Of a stretch of DNA of 64,000 bases, positions 48,252-58,714 are shown piece after piece. The translations under genes and the position numbers were made by a program. The stretch is taken from the NCBI GenBank assembly GCA_963770895.1, contig CAVYRF010000002.1:4128001-4192000 (forward strand), in the 5' to 3' direction. How positions within the stretch are numbered: the stretch's first letter is position 1; the number at the start of each line of letters is the position of its first letter. The notes below the pieces were generated by a model, which was given only the letters and a program-made list of their open reading frames with translations, did no database searches and was not told the DNA's origin. The stretch is from an uncultured Acidobacteriota bacterium (GTDB lineage Bacteria > Acidobacteriota > Thermoanaerobaculia > Multivoradales > UBA5704).

Positions 48252-48378
48252 AGCGGAGTGGCGCGGCGGCTCTGTGGCCGTCCGAGGTTGCCCGGCGGCG
48301 CGGCGAGCCAGGCGCCGTGTGTGCATGGTCTGTGCCGGGACGCGGCCGGGACCGCCTGACCGGCCGGCTGTCACACGC

Positions 48379-48409
48379 TTGACAAGCGATATGCTCATCT
48401 CTAGTATAA
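48379..48409 (+). promoter_or_regulatory. Sigma70 promoter of nadA (probably leaderless) overlapped by a NadQ-like operator
   Basis: TTGACA (48379) - 17 bp - TAGTAT (48402), with ATG at 48414; ATATGCTCA-TCT-CTAGTATAA at 48389-48409 resembles the TTATRCTCA-N3-TGAGYATAA NadQ palindrome. Confidence 0.8.
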
Positions 48410-48413
48410 GTGC

Positions 48414-49424
48414 ATGGACCTCACATACACACCCCAGGTAGCGAGCGCGACGGCGGCGGTGGCGGAGCGAGTGCGGGCGGTCATCCCGCCGCTGGAATGG
48501 CCGGTGCACGCTCCGTACGTGGCCGCCATCGCCGAGCTCAAGCGGCAGCGCAATGCCGTGGTGCTGGCCCACAACTACCAGACCCCCGAGATCTACCACG
48601 GCGTCGCCGACTTCACCGGCGATTCGCTGGCGCTGGCGGAATTCGGCGCCCGCACCGAGGCGGAGGTGATCGTGCTGGCCGGGGTCCACTTCATGGCCGA
48701 AACGGCGAAGATCCTGTCGCCTGACAAGACGGTGCTGATCCCCGATCTGCGCGCCGGCTGCTCGCTGGCGGCGTCGATCACCGCCCAGGACATCCGGCTG
48801 CTGCGGCAGCGCTATCCGGGGGTGCCGGTGGTGACCTACGTCAACACTTCGGCGGCGGTCAAGGCGGAGTCAGACATCTGCTGCACCTCGGCCAACGCGG
48901 TGGCGGTGGTGGAATCGCTGGGCGTGCCGCGGGTGATCTTTCTGCCCGACGAATACCTGGGACGCTACGTCGCCGAGCAGACGACGGTTGAAGTGATCCT
49001 GTGGCGCGGCCACTGCGAGGTGCATGAACGCTTCACCGGCGACGAGCTGCGCGCCTTCCGCGCCGGCCACGCCGGGATTCAGATCCTGGCCCACCCCGAG
49101 TGCCCGCCCGACGTGCTGGCGGAGGCCGATTTTGTCGGTTCGACGGCGGCGATGATCCGCCACGTCGGCACGACGCGGCCGTCGCGGGTGGTGATGGTGA
49201 CCGAGTGCTCGATGAGCGACAACGTGGCGGTTGAGTTCCCCGACGTCCAGTTCGTGCGGCCGTGCCAGCTCTGCCCGCACATGAAGCGCATCACCCTGCC
49301 GAAGATCCTGCATTCCCTTGAAACGATGGAGCACCAGGTCCAGGTCGATCCGGCGATCGCGGGACGCGCCCGCCAGGCCCTGGCGCGCATGCTTGCGGTC
49401 GGCCGCCGCGAGGTGCGGCAGTGA
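48414..49424 (+). CDS. nadA: Quinolinate synthase
   Basis: LAHNYQ, GDSL, GVHFMAE, GCSLA, YVNTSA, CEVH, AHPEC, CPHM. Confidence 0.97.
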   Translation: MDLTYTPQVASATAAVAERVRAVIPPLEWPVHAPYVAAIAELKRQRNAVVLAHNYQTPEIYHGVADFTGDSLALAEFGARTEAEVIVLAGVHFMAETAKILSPDKTVLIPDLRAGCSLAASITAQDIRLLRQRYPGVPVVTYVNTSAAVKAESDICCTSANAVAVVESLGVPRVIFLPDEYLGRYVAEQTTVEVILWRGHCEVHERFTGDELRAFRAGHAGIQILAHPECPPDVLAEADFVGSTAAMIRHVGTTRPSRVVMVTECSMSDNVAVEFPDVQFVRPCQLCPHMKRITLPKILHSLETMEHQVQVDPAIAGRARQALARMLAVGRREVRQ

Positions 49425-51163
49425 AAGGCCGGCTGACGGCGGTCCAGGACGTGGTGGAAGCCGACGTGCTGGTGGTCGGCGCCGGCGCCGCTGGGCTCAC
49501 CGCCGCCCTGGGGTGCGGGCCGCTGCGGGTGGTGGTGCTGACCAAGATCCGTCTGAGCGCCGCCGGCGGCGGCGGCGCCAGCGCCTGGGCGCAGGGGGGG
49601 GTGGCGTCGGCGGTAGGCGACGACGACGATCCGGCGCTGCATGCCGCCGACACGCTGGCGGCCGGCGCCGGCCTCAACGACGTGCCGATCGTGCGGCTGC
49701 TGACCGGCGAGGGGCCGCGGCGCATCCGCGCCCTGCAGCAGCTGGGCGCGTGCTTCGACCGCGACGCCTTTGGGCGGCTGGCGCTGGGGCGGGAAGCGGC
49801 GCACAGCCGGCGCCGCATCCTGCACGCGCACGGCGACGCCACCGGCGCCGAAGTGGTGCGCACGCTGGTCGCGGCGGTGCGGCGGCAGGCCGCCATCCAG
49901 GTGGTCGACGACACCTTCGCCATCGACCTGGTGCGGGTGGGCGAGGTGGTGGCGGGCGTGACGGCGCTGCGGCGCGACGGCAGCCGCGTGCTGTTCCGCG
50001 CGCCGGCGGTGGTGCTGGCGACGGGCGGCCTGGGGCAGCTGTTCCAGTACACCACCAACCCGCGTGAGGCGACCGCCGACGGCCTGGCGATGGCGGCGCG
50101 GGCGGGCGCCCGCCTGGTGGACCTCGAGTTCGTGCAGTTCCATCCCACCGCGCTGGCCGTGGGCGGCGCGGGTTCCGGCACCGCCGCCGGCAAGGTGCCC
50201 GGTGGCGCGCCGCTGCCGCTGCTCACCGAGGCGCTGCGCGGCGAAGGGGCGGTGCTGATCGACGACCTCGGCAGCCGCTTCATGGTCGGGTTGCACCCCG
50301 ACCGCGAGCTGGCGCCGCGCGACGTGGTGGCGCGCGCCATCTGGGGGCGCCTGCGGGCCGGGCGCAAGGTGTTTCTGGATGCCCGCGCCGCCGTGGGCGA
50401 CCGCTTCCCCGAGCGCTTCCCGACGGTGTTCGCGCTCTGCCGGCAGCACGGCATCGACCCGCGCGTCCAACCGATGCCGGTCGTTCCGGCGGCGCACTAC
50501 CACATGGGCGGTGTGGCGGTGGACGCCGCCGGCCGCGCCTCGCTCCCCGGCCTGTGGGCGTGCGGCGAGGTGGCGGCGACCGGCGCGCACGGCGCCAACC
50601 GGCTGGCCAGCAACTCGCTGCTCGAAGCGCTGGTCTTCGGTGCCCGCGTGGCCGAAGACATCGTGGCCGCGGCGCCGCAGCGGCGGGGCGGCGGCGCCCC
50701 ACCGGCGGCGGGGGCCGCGGCAGCCGCGGTGGGCGCGGCGGCGTGGGGCGATCGCGAAGGCCGCCCGGCGGTGGGCGAGCCGGCGCTGTTCCGGGGCGCT
50801 CAGGACCTGACCGGCGAAGTGCGGCGCATCCTCTGGGAGCAGGTGGGGCTGGAGCGCACCGGCGCCGGCCTGGCGGCGGCCGTGGGTGAGCTGGAGCGGC
50901 TCGCCCATGCGCGGCCTGAGATGCCGGACGAACTGCGCAACCTGCTGTGGGTGGGGCGGCTGATGGCGCAGGCGGCGCTCGCGCGGCAGGAGAGCCGCGG
51001 CGGCCACTACCGCAGCGACCACCCGCAGCCCGACGCCGCCTGGCAGCGGCGCCTGTTCCTGACCGCCTCGCCGGACGCGCGGGCGCGTTTCGAGGCCGGC
51101 GAGCCGGCCGAGGTGCCGGCGCCCGCTCTGCAGGCGATCGCCCAGCTGGAGCGTGGAGCGTGA
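49421..51163 (+). CDS. nadB: L-aspartate oxidase
   Basis: [54 protein letters not shown]. Confidence 0.96.
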   Translation: MKGRLTAVQDVVEADVLVVGAGAAGLTAALGCGPLRVVVLTKIRLSAAGGGGASAWAQGGVASAVGDDDDPALHAADTLAAGAGLNDVPIVRLLTGEGPRRIRALQQLGACFDRDAFGRLALGREAAHSRRRILHAHGDATGAEVVRTLVAAVRRQAAIQVVDDTFAIDLVRVGEVVAGVTALRRDGSRVLFRAPAVVLATGGLGQLFQYTTNPREATADGLAMAARAGARLVDLEFVQFHPTALAVGGAGSGTAAGKVPGGAPLPLLTEALRGEGAVLIDDLGSRFMVGLHPDRELAPRDVVARAIWGRLRAGRKVFLDARAAVGDRFPERFPTVFALCRQHGIDPRVQPMPVVPAAHYHMGGVAVDAAGRASLPGLWACGEVAATGAHGANRLASNSLLEALVFGARVAEDIVAAAPQRRGGGAPPAAGAAAAAVGAAAWGDREGRPAVGEPALFRGAQDLTGEVRRILWEQVGLERTGAGLAAAVGELERLAHARPEMPDELRNLLWVGRLMAQAALARQESRGGHYRSDHPQPDAAWQRRLFLTASPDARARFEAGEPAEVPAPALQAIAQLERGA

Positions 51164-52041
51164 TCGGCGGCCCGGCCGGCACCGGCGCTCTCCACCTGCC
51201 GCCGCTCTATCCGCTGCTCTACGAAGAGGTGGTGCGGCGCGCGCTGGCCGAAGACCTGGGGCGGGCCGGCGACCTGACCAGCGACGCCGTGGTGCCGGCG
51301 GACCTGCAGACCACGGCAGCGCTGGTGGCACGGCAGGCAGGCCGGCTGGCGGGCCTGGACGTGGCGCTGGCGGCGTTCCGCCTGCTCGATCCGACTTTGA
51401 TCTGCGAGCCGCAAGCCGTCGACGGCAGCGACGTCGCGGCCGACGACGTGCTGGCGACGGTGCACGGCGCCGCGCGCCCCATCCTGTCGGCGGAGCGCAC
51501 GGCGCTCAACCTGCTGGGCCGCCTGAGCGGCATCGCCACGGCGACGCGCGACCTGGTGGCGCTGGTGGCGCCGCACGGCGCGCGCGTGGTGTGTACGCGC
51601 AAGACCACGCCGGGTCTGCGCGCGCTCGAAAAGTACGCGGTGCGCGCCGGCGGCGGCGCCAACCACCGCTTCGGGCTCGACGACGCGGTGCTCATCAAGG
51701 ACAACCACCGCGCGCTGGCCGGCGGCCTGCGCAGCGCCTTCGAGCGCGCCCGGCGCGCCGTCGGCCACCTGGTCAAGATCGAGGTCGAAGTGGATTCGCT
51801 CGCGGAGCTGGACGAAGCGCTGGCGCTGGGCGCCGACGTGGTGCTGCTCGACAACATGCCGCCCGACATGCTCGCCGAAGCCGTGCGGCGCGCCCACGGC
51901 CGGGCGCTCACCGAGGCCTCCGGCGGCATCCAGCCGGCCACCGCGGTGGCCATCGCCGCCACCGGCGTGGCGCTGCTTTCGGTCGGCTGGCTGACCCACA
52001 GCGCGCCGGCTCTCGACATCGCCCTGGACATCGACGAATAG
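51160..52041 (+). CDS. nadC: Quinolinate phosphoribosyltransferase
   Basis: AED..GDLTS, ERTALN, TRKTTPG, HRFGLDD, KDNH, LLDN, EASGG. Confidence 0.97.
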   Translation: MIGGPAGTGALHLPPLYPLLYEEVVRRALAEDLGRAGDLTSDAVVPADLQTTAALVARQAGRLAGLDVALAAFRLLDPTLICEPQAVDGSDVAADDVLATVHGAARPILSAERTALNLLGRLSGIATATRDLVALVAPHGARVVCTRKTTPGLRALEKYAVRAGGGANHRFGLDDAVLIKDNHRALAGGLRSAFERARRAVGHLVKIEVEVDSLAELDEALALGADVVLLDNMPPDMLAEAVRRAHGRALTEASGGIQPATAVAIAATGVALLSVGWLTHSAPALDIALDIDE

Positions 52042-52130
52042 GCCTGGCGCGCGCCAGGGGCCAGGGCGCCGGGCGCCGCCCGCCGGACGTCCCGCGGTAC
52101 CGCGGACATCGCGCGCGCGCCGCGGCGCCG

Positions 52131-53258
52131 TCAGGCGGCGAGAGCCTGCAACAGGTCGGCAATCAGGTCGTCGGGATGCTCCAGGCCGATCGAGATGCGC
52201 AGCAGATCGGGCGGCACGCGCGGCGAATGATCCACCGAAGCGCGGTGCTCCAGCAGGCTTTCGGGGCCGCCCAGGCTGGTGGCGTTGAGAAACAGGCGCA
52301 CCCCCGCGGCGACCCGCAGCGCCCCTTCGCGGCCGCCGGCCGGGCGCAGCGCCATCATGCCGCCGAAGGCGCGCATCTGGCGGCTGGCGACCGCGTGGCC
52401 GGGGTGGTCGGGCAGCCCCGGATAGTACACGGCGGCGACCTCCGGCCTGCCGGCGAGCGCGCGGGCGACCGCCAGGGCGTTGGCCGAGTGGCGTTCCATG
52501 CGGCAGGCGAGCGACCGCAGGCCGCGCAGCACCAGCCAGCTGTTGAAGGGCGCTGCCACCGCGCCCAGGTCGCGCCGCACGTCGCCGACCCGCGCCAGCA
52601 GCTCTTCGTCGCCGCGCCGCACCACCAGCGCGCCCCCCTGCACGTCGCTGTGCCCACCCAGGTATTTGGTGGTCGAATGCAGCACCACGTCGGCGCCCAG
52701 CTCCAGCGGACGTTGCAGCGCCGGCGTGGCCAGCGTGCCGTCCACCAGCAGGCGCGCCGCGGGCACCTGGGCGTGCACGGCGGCGGCGACCCGCTGCAGG
52801 TCCAGCACCTCCATCAGCGGATTGGTCGGGCTCTCCGCCCACACCAGCCGCGTGCTCGGCCGCAGGGCGGCCGCCAGCGCCGCCGCATCCTCCAGGTCGA
52901 CCACGTCGGCGGTCATCCCCCAGCGCGGCAGCCACTCCTGCGCCAGCACGTGCGACCCGTAATACAGGTCGCGATGGAACACCACGTGCGACCCGGCCGG
53001 CAGCGCCTGCACCAACGCCGCCCCCGCCGCCATGCCCGAGGCAAACGCCAGCGCCGCCCCGCCGCCTTCGATCGCCGCCAGCGCCTCCTCCAGCCGCGCC
53101 TGCGTGGGGTTGCTGTCGCGGATGTACAAATGCCCCAGCGGCGTTTCCCCCGCCGGACCGTGCTCAAACGTCGTCGACAGCTGAATCGGCGGCGCCACCG
53201 CCCCCGTCGCCGGGTCCACCGCGGCGCCCGCATGCACCGCCACCGTCTCAAATTTCAC
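52131..53258 (-). CDS. Cys/Met metabolism PLP enzyme (cystathionine gamma-synthase/lyase)
   Basis: FASGMAA, ESPTNP, HSTTKYLGGHSD, SLGGPESL, RISIGLE. Confidence 0.93.
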   Translation of the reverse strand: MKFETVAVHAGAAVDPATGAVAPPIQLSTTFEHGPAGETPLGHLYIRDSNPTQARLEEALAAIEGGGAALAFASGMAAGAALVQALPAGSHVVFHRDLYYGSHVLAQEWLPRWGMTADVVDLEDAAALAAALRPSTRLVWAESPTNPLMEVLDLQRVAAAVHAQVPAARLLVDGTLATPALQRPLELGADVVLHSTTKYLGGHSDVQGGALVVRRGDEELLARVGDVRRDLGAVAAPFNSWLVLRGLRSLACRMERHSANALAVARALAGRPEVAAVYYPGLPDHPGHAVASRQMRAFGGMMALRPAGGREGALRVAAGVRLFLNATSLGGPESLLEHRASVDHSPRVPPDLLRISIGLEHPDDLIADLLQALAA

Positions 53259-53331
53259 CCCAGCCCCCTTTCTCGCCAGCTCGCCCGGCACTCTACACCG
53301 CCCCAGCTCTCGGCGGCCTACCGCTGAAAAG

Positions 53332-53372
53332 CTGGGGGCCAACCGGGCCGTTGGTAACGGCGGGTTGGCCCC
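53332..53372 (-). terminator. Hairpin, possible terminator of the 53407-54630 gene
   Basis: GGGGCCAACC..GGTTGGCCCC stem with inner GCCGTT/AACGGC; short T run on the minus strand. Confidence 0.4.
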
Positions 53373-53406
53373 GGGGTAGGCAGGGCGAAGGGTGGGTGTG
53401 CGCGCG

Positions 53407-54630
53407 CTAGGGGCCGAAGTTGCAGAGGTCGTCGGCGCGCATGGCTTCGTGGCCGGAGGAGAAGCGGCCGGCGACGCTGACCAGGGAGCCGGCCCAGCCC
53501 TGGGCGTGGGTGCCGTCGGCGCGCCATAGGTCGAGCATCAGCCAGCCGGTGGCGGGGCCTGGGGCCAGGCTGGGTTCGCCGACGTGGACGCGCTGGGTGG
53601 CGACGGGGAAGGCGTTGCTGTTGGGGATCATGCCGGCGTTTTCCTGCTCGTCAAAAAAGACCAGCTGCTCTTCGCCGGGCGGGCTCCACAGGGGGGCCTT
53701 GCCGCAGGCCACGGGGACGGCGTCGGGCACGCGCGTGTCGCGCCAGACCAGCAGGTCGGTGCCGGTGAAGGGGCCGCCGTCGAAGTAGCGCACGTAGTAC
53801 AGGCTGGAGAGCGGCATGCGGTCGTCGGCGCTGTTGAAGCCGTTGTAGCGGCCGTAAAAGGTGTAGGAGCCGGGCTGGAAGAAGTCGGGGTCGGCCACCA
53901 GCGCCAGCGCCGGCTGGCTTGCCGCCTGCTTTTGCGCGGTATTGATGTAAAAGACGTCACCCCACAGGACGTTGTTGTCGCTGGCCAGGCCGGTGCCGCC
54001 CTTGGCGAAATAGGCCGGGTCGGCGGGGGTGTTGGCGATCCCCGACAGGGTTGGCGGCGAGCAGCGGTTCACCGTGTCGACCGTGACGTATCCGGTGACC
54101 GGCGCGCCGGTGGCATGGAAGCTGGCGGCGCACTGCGCGGGTTGGACGTCGGGCAGCCGGCGGCCGGTGTGGGCGGCCTTCAGGAACGCCAGCTTGGTGA
54201 CGCCCATCCGCACGCTTTGCACGACGCTCGAGCCGCAGCCGGGAAAGGCCGGGCCGCTTTGCGACGGCGGTTGCGACGGGCTGACGCCGACGCCGGTGAC
54301 CGGCAGATCGCCGCTGAACAGGTCGCGCAGATTGATGGTCTGCACGTCGTAGCCGGTCAGGTAGACGTCGAAGGCGAGCGTCGGCACGCCCCAGTCGGTC
54401 CACAGCACGACCCGCGCCAGCGTCGGCTGCGGTGCGGAGTTGTTGATCGAGATCACGGTCGTGGCCCCCTGGGGATTTTCCAGGTCGACCTCGAAATAGG
54501 GGACCAGCAAAGTGGCGGCAGGCTGGTTGCCGAAGCGGCAGTTTCCCGTCAAATCGCCGGCTGCCAGCGGCAGGCCCGCCAGCAAGAGCACAAGCAGAAA
54601 TAGCGACCCGGTGTGGCGCACGTTCATCAT
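53407..54630 (-). CDS. Secreted hypothetical protein (PAATLLVPYFEV-type)
   Basis: Signal peptide; PAATLLVPYFEVDL, WTDWGVPTLAFDVYLTGYDV, GYVTVD, NVLWGD. Confidence 0.8.
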   Translation of the reverse strand: MMNVRHTGSLFLLVLLLAGLPLAAGDLTGNCRFGNQPAATLLVPYFEVDLENPQGATTVISINNSAPQPTLARVVLWTDWGVPTLAFDVYLTGYDVQTINLRDLFSGDLPVTGVGVSPSQPPSQSGPAFPGCGSSVVQSVRMGVTKLAFLKAAHTGRRLPDVQPAQCAASFHATGAPVTGYVTVDTVNRCSPPTLSGIANTPADPAYFAKGGTGLASDNNVLWGDVFYINTAQKQAASQPALALVADPDFFQPGSYTFYGRYNGFNSADDRMPLSSLYYVRYFDGGPFTGTDLLVWRDTRVPDAVPVACGKAPLWSPPGEEQLVFFDEQENAGMIPNSNAFPVATQRVHVGEPSLAPGPATGWLMLDLWRADGTHAQGWAGSLVSVAGRFSSGHEAMRADDLCNFGP

Positions 54631-54739
54631 GGTGCTGTCTCCAAGCTTACTGGCCAACCGGAGGGGAAACGCTTCGCCGGGGAGCTGCCTCCCGACGCCG
54701 GCACTTGCGGGCCGGGGTGAGGAGGTTAGACTACCATGT

Positions 54740-55732
54740 ATGAGCGATTCTCTTGTCCAGATCGGCCCCCACTCCGCCCGCGGCCCCAGGGCCAACAGGC
54801 CGGAGTGGCTTCGTATAAAGCTTTCAACCCCTGCGACGTATCACCAGGTCCGTTCCCTGGTTGACCGGCTAAACCTGCACACAGTGTGCCAGGAGGCGCG
54901 CTGTCCCAACATCTACGAGTGCTGGGGCGAGCATGGCACCGCCACCTTCATGATCCTGGGCGACGTCTGCACGCGGCGCTGCGGCTTCTGCGCGGTGACC
55001 TCGGGGCGCCCGCAGACGGGCGTCGATCCGCTCGAGCCGGAGCACCTGGCGGAGGCGGTGGCGGCGATGGGGCTGCGCCACGCGGTGATCACCTCGGTGG
55101 ACAGGGACGACCTCGCCGACGGCGGCGCCGGCCACTTCGCGCAGGTGATCGAAGCCGTGCACCGGCGCAATCCCGGCACCGCCGTCGAGGTGCTCACCCC
55201 CGACTTTCGCGGTGTCCCGGATGCCCTGGACGTGGTTTTGGAGGCGGCGCCGGAAGTGTTCTCGCACAACATGGAGACGGTGCCCCGGCTGTACCGCAAA
55301 GCGCGGCCCGGCAGCCGCTACGATCGCAGTCTGGCGCTGCTGGCAGCGGCGGCGGCGGCAACCGCGGGCGGCGGCGGCGGTGTGCAGCCAGGCCAGGCGG
55401 CGGGCCGTGCGCCCTATGCCGGCCGCATCAAAACCGGCATCATGGTCGGCCTCGGCGAAGAGACGGCGGAAGTGCATGCGACGCTGGCCGACATTCGCGG
55501 CGCCGGCGTGGAGATCCTGACCATCGGCCAGTACCTGCAGCCGACGGCCGGGCATCTGCCGGTCGCGCGCTGGGTGCATCCCGACGAATTCGCGGCGTAC
55601 CGCGACCACGCCCTGTCCCTGGGCTTCGCCCACTGCGAGGCCGGTCCGCTGGTGCGCAGCAGCTACCACGCCCACGAGCACGTCGCGCCCGGCGCGCCGC
55701 GCGCTATGGCGCGAGCCGGCGGCGATGGATAG
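54740..55732 (+). CDS. lipA: Lipoyl synthase
   Basis: CQEARCPNIYEC (auxiliary cluster), CTRRCGFC (radical SAM), RSSY. Confidence 0.97.
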   Translation: MSDSLVQIGPHSARGPRANRPEWLRIKLSTPATYHQVRSLVDRLNLHTVCQEARCPNIYECWGEHGTATFMILGDVCTRRCGFCAVTSGRPQTGVDPLEPEHLAEAVAAMGLRHAVITSVDRDDLADGGAGHFAQVIEAVHRRNPGTAVEVLTPDFRGVPDALDVVLEAAPEVFSHNMETVPRLYRKARPGSRYDRSLALLAAAAAATAGGGGGVQPGQAAGRAPYAGRIKTGIMVGLGEETAEVHATLADIRGAGVEILTIGQYLQPTAGHLPVARWVHPDEFAAYRDHALSLGFAHCEAGPLVRSSYHAHEHVAPGAPRAMARAGGDG

Positions 55733-56198
55733 AATGGCGCTTGTGACAGACAGCACAAACGCGCCCGAGCTGCGCATCCGGCCGCTGGAGGACATGGACA
55801 TCACGCCCATCGTCGGCATCGACGAAAAGATCGGCGGGCGGTACCGGCCGGAAGTCTGGGAGCGCCATATCGGTTATTACCTGCGCCGGGACCCGGAAGG
55901 GTCGGTGGTGGCCGAATGGCAGGGTGAAGTGGTGGGGTTCATGCTGGGTGAGGTCCGCGCCGGGGAATTCGGGCTGGAAGAGCCGACCGGCTGGATCGAA
56001 GTGCTGGGGGTGGACCCCGGCCATCGCGGCAAGGCCATCGGGCGCCGCATGGCGGAGACGCTTTTGGCGCACTTTCGGCAGCTGGGCGCCCACAGCGTGC
56101 GGACGCTGGTGGAAGAAGGCGCCGGCGAGCTGGGCGACTTCTTTGCCGCGCTCGGCTTCCAACCCTCGACCTTGCGGCCTTTCGTCAAGACACTGTAG
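55725..56198 (+). CDS. GNAT acetyltransferase
   Basis: IRPL, VVGFMLGEVRAGEFG, LGVDP..RGKAIG; real start may be GTG 55743. Confidence 0.9.
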   Translation: MDRMALVTDSTNAPELRIRPLEDMDITPIVGIDEKIGGRYRPEVWERHIGYYLRRDPEGSVVAEWQGEVVGFMLGEVRAGEFGLEEPTGWIEVLGVDPGHRGKAIGRRMAETLLAHFRQLGAHSVRTLVEEGAGELGDFFAALGFQPSTLRPFVKTL

Positions 56199-56300
56199 CG
56201 CCTGGCCCGGCGCCGGCCAGGTCGGCAACCGGCCAGCGGGCGGGCGCGACGCACGAGGCGAGCGCGGCGAGCACACGATCGGAACGCATCGGAGAGCATC

Positions 56301-57677
56301 ATGAGCAACCGGACCACAAGCCTTCCCAAGAACTTCCACGCCGCGGTGGTCAAGTGGCGAGACGCCTTCCTGCCGGACTATCAATTCCTGCTCGACAACT
56401 GGGAGCGGCATTTTCCCAACGACCCCAAGTTCGAGCTGTGCGCCTACCGGCAGCTGGGGATGTGCACCGAGATCGAATGCGGCGACGCCAAGGGCAAGCC
56501 CAAGTACAACCGCGCCGCCGAGATGCCGGCCGAGCCGGCGCACCACCTGCTGGGCGCGATCCGCGCCCAGGCTTCGACCGAGTTCGGCTCCATTCAGCAG
56601 CACCGGCTCACCCTGGCGCGGGCGCAGAGCGAAGAAGAGCAGTTCTGGATCCTGCGCATGATGGCGGAGGAGCTGCGCCACGGCTACCAGATGCTGCACC
56701 TGCTGGCCGACGACGACTGGACGTCGGTGTCCAAGGACAGCAGCGCCGACATGATCGAAGACATCCTGTCGATGAACACCGGCTCGCACGTGCTGGGGGC
56801 GTTCAACATCGATTTCGATTCGTTTGTCGACAACGTGGTGTTCTGCGCCCTGATCGATCGCGTCGGCAAGTACCAGCTGACGATGCAAAAGCAGAGCGCC
56901 TACCAGCCGATGGCTGAGAGCATGCCGCAGATGCTGCGCGAAGAGGCCTTCCACCTGGCTGCCGGGGTGGTGCCGATGCGGCGGTGGGCAACCTCGGCGG
57001 CGCGGGATGAAGGCCTGGTCACCATGGACATGCTGCAGCGTGCGATCAACAAGTGGATGCCGCGCGGCCTGGAGATGTTCGGCGACGAGCGCGGCGGCGG
57101 CACCAACGTGCGTTTCGGTTTGAAGCCGATGGCCAACGCGGAAGCGCAGCGCCTCTATCGCGAAGAGGTCGAAAAGCTGGTGCGCGACCTGAACCTCCGC
57201 TACCTGCGGGCGCGCCTGCCGCGGTTGTCGCTGGCCGAAGCGCCGCCGGTGCTGGATCGCGTCCTGGGCGGCGAAGCGGTGGAGGGCGTGCTTCCCGAAG
57301 ACCTGCTGCGCCTGCCGCACAGCGATTACTTCCGTCGCCGCGGCGTCCCCGCGTTCCGCATGGTCGGCACCGGCGGCGAAACCTTCACCGACCTGCACGA
57401 GTACCGGCACCACCTGGCGCGTACGCTGCCCGAAGCGTATCGCGCCGGGCGGGACTACAAGGACTACGTGGACGCCCTGGGCAAGGTCGAGCGCGGCGAG
57501 CTGACCATCGCCGCCGCGACCTCGCAGATGCCGGCGCTGCGCCGGGTGGGCGGTGCCTGCCCGTGCGCCAAGTCGGTGCGCTGGGTGGTCGACGCGCCGG
57601 CAGATCAGGCCCATGTGGGTGATCCGGGGGCGCTGGCGGGGTCGCCGACGAGCCAAGCTCCGGCCGCCACGGCCTGA
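56301..57677 (+). CDS. Ferritin-like diiron protein, BoxB/PaaA-like acyl-CoA epoxidase
   Basis: QASTE, EELRH, DRVGKYQL, LREEAFH diiron ligand pattern; FNIDF..F. Confidence 0.8.
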   Translation: MSNRTTSLPKNFHAAVVKWRDAFLPDYQFLLDNWERHFPNDPKFELCAYRQLGMCTEIECGDAKGKPKYNRAAEMPAEPAHHLLGAIRAQASTEFGSIQQHRLTLARAQSEEEQFWILRMMAEELRHGYQMLHLLADDDWTSVSKDSSADMIEDILSMNTGSHVLGAFNIDFDSFVDNVVFCALIDRVGKYQLTMQKQSAYQPMAESMPQMLREEAFHLAAGVVPMRRWATSAARDEGLVTMDMLQRAINKWMPRGLEMFGDERGGGTNVRFGLKPMANAEAQRLYREEVEKLVRDLNLRYLRARLPRLSLAEAPPVLDRVLGGEAVEGVLPEDLLRLPHSDYFRRRGVPAFRMVGTGGETFTDLHEYRHHLARTLPEAYRAGRDYKDYVDALGKVERGELTIAAATSQMPALRRVGGACPCAKSVRWVVDAPADQAHVGDPGALAGSPTSQAPAATA

Positions 57678-57781
57678 CCGCGCACCTTGCCCAGCTGGGA
57701 ATGGCGCCGGTCGCGACCTTCGAGTACCATACTGCCGCCCATGAGAGCGCACGACCGTAGCTCCCGGCGCGGGTCCGCGCG

Positions 57782-58681
57782 TTGAGCCTGTTCAACCGGC
57801 TGCTGGTCAACACCCTGCCGGTGGTGCCGCGTCCCATCGTCGGACGCGTCGCGTCGCGTTACGTGGCGGGCGCGACGCTCGACGACGCCCTGCGCGTGGT
57901 GCGCGACCTCAACCGCCAGGGGGCGATGGCGACCATCGACCTGCTCGGCGAAGAGGTGAGCGAACGCGCCAAGGCGCTGGCAGCGGTCGACGAATACCTG
58001 CGCGTCTTCGCCGCCATCCGTGACCAGGGGCTGGACTCCAACGTTTCGATCAAGCTGACCCTGCTGGGTCTCAAGGTGGACGAAGGCTTCTGCCGCGACA
58101 ACGTCGATCGCATCGCCGCCGCCGCCCGCGAGTGCGGCAACTTCGTGCGCATCGACATGGAAGACCACACCTGCACCGACGCGACGCTACGCATTTATCG
58201 CGAGCTGCAGGCGCGCCATGGCAACCTGGGGGTGGTGCTGCAGGCGTACATGCGCCGCACTCTCCGCGATATCGGCGAGCTGCCCGAGCAGGGCGCCAAC
58301 GTGCGCATCTGCAAGGGCATCTACGTCGAGCACCGGCGCATCGCCTGGAAGGGATATGAGACGGTGCGCGCCAACTTCGTGCGCGCGCTCGAAAAACTGA
58401 TCGATCGCGGCGTCTATCCGGCGATCGCCACCCACGACGAATATCTGAGCGCCGCCGCCGTGGCACTGGTCGACAAGCACGGCCTGGCGCGCGACCGCTA
58501 CGAGTTCCAGATGCTGCTCGGCGTCGATCAGGAGCTGCGCGACATCCTGATCGCCGGTGGCCACCGCCTGCGCGTCTACGTGCCCTACGGCGGCGACTGG
58601 TATCCCTACTCGATCCGGCGCCTGCGCGAAAATCCCGAAGTCGCCCGCCACGTCCTGCGCGCCCTGCTGGCCGGCCGCTGA
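57782..58681 (+). CDS. Monofunctional proline dehydrogenase
   Basis: RYVAG, DLLGE, SIKLT, RIDME, RICKGIY, IATHD, EFQMLLG, YVPYG..WY.YSIRRLRE. Confidence 0.95.
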   Translation: MSLFNRLLVNTLPVVPRPIVGRVASRYVAGATLDDALRVVRDLNRQGAMATIDLLGEEVSERAKALAAVDEYLRVFAAIRDQGLDSNVSIKLTLLGLKVDEGFCRDNVDRIAAAARECGNFVRIDMEDHTCTDATLRIYRELQARHGNLGVVLQAYMRRTLRDIGELPEQGANVRICKGIYVEHRRIAWKGYETVRANFVRALEKLIDRGVYPAIATHDEYLSAAAVALVDKHGLARDRYEFQMLLGVDQELRDILIAGGHRLRVYVPYGGDWYPYSIRRLRENPEVARHVLRALLAGR

Positions 58682-58714
58682 GCGCGGCGCGCCGCCGCCT
58701 GCCTGTCGCTTACG

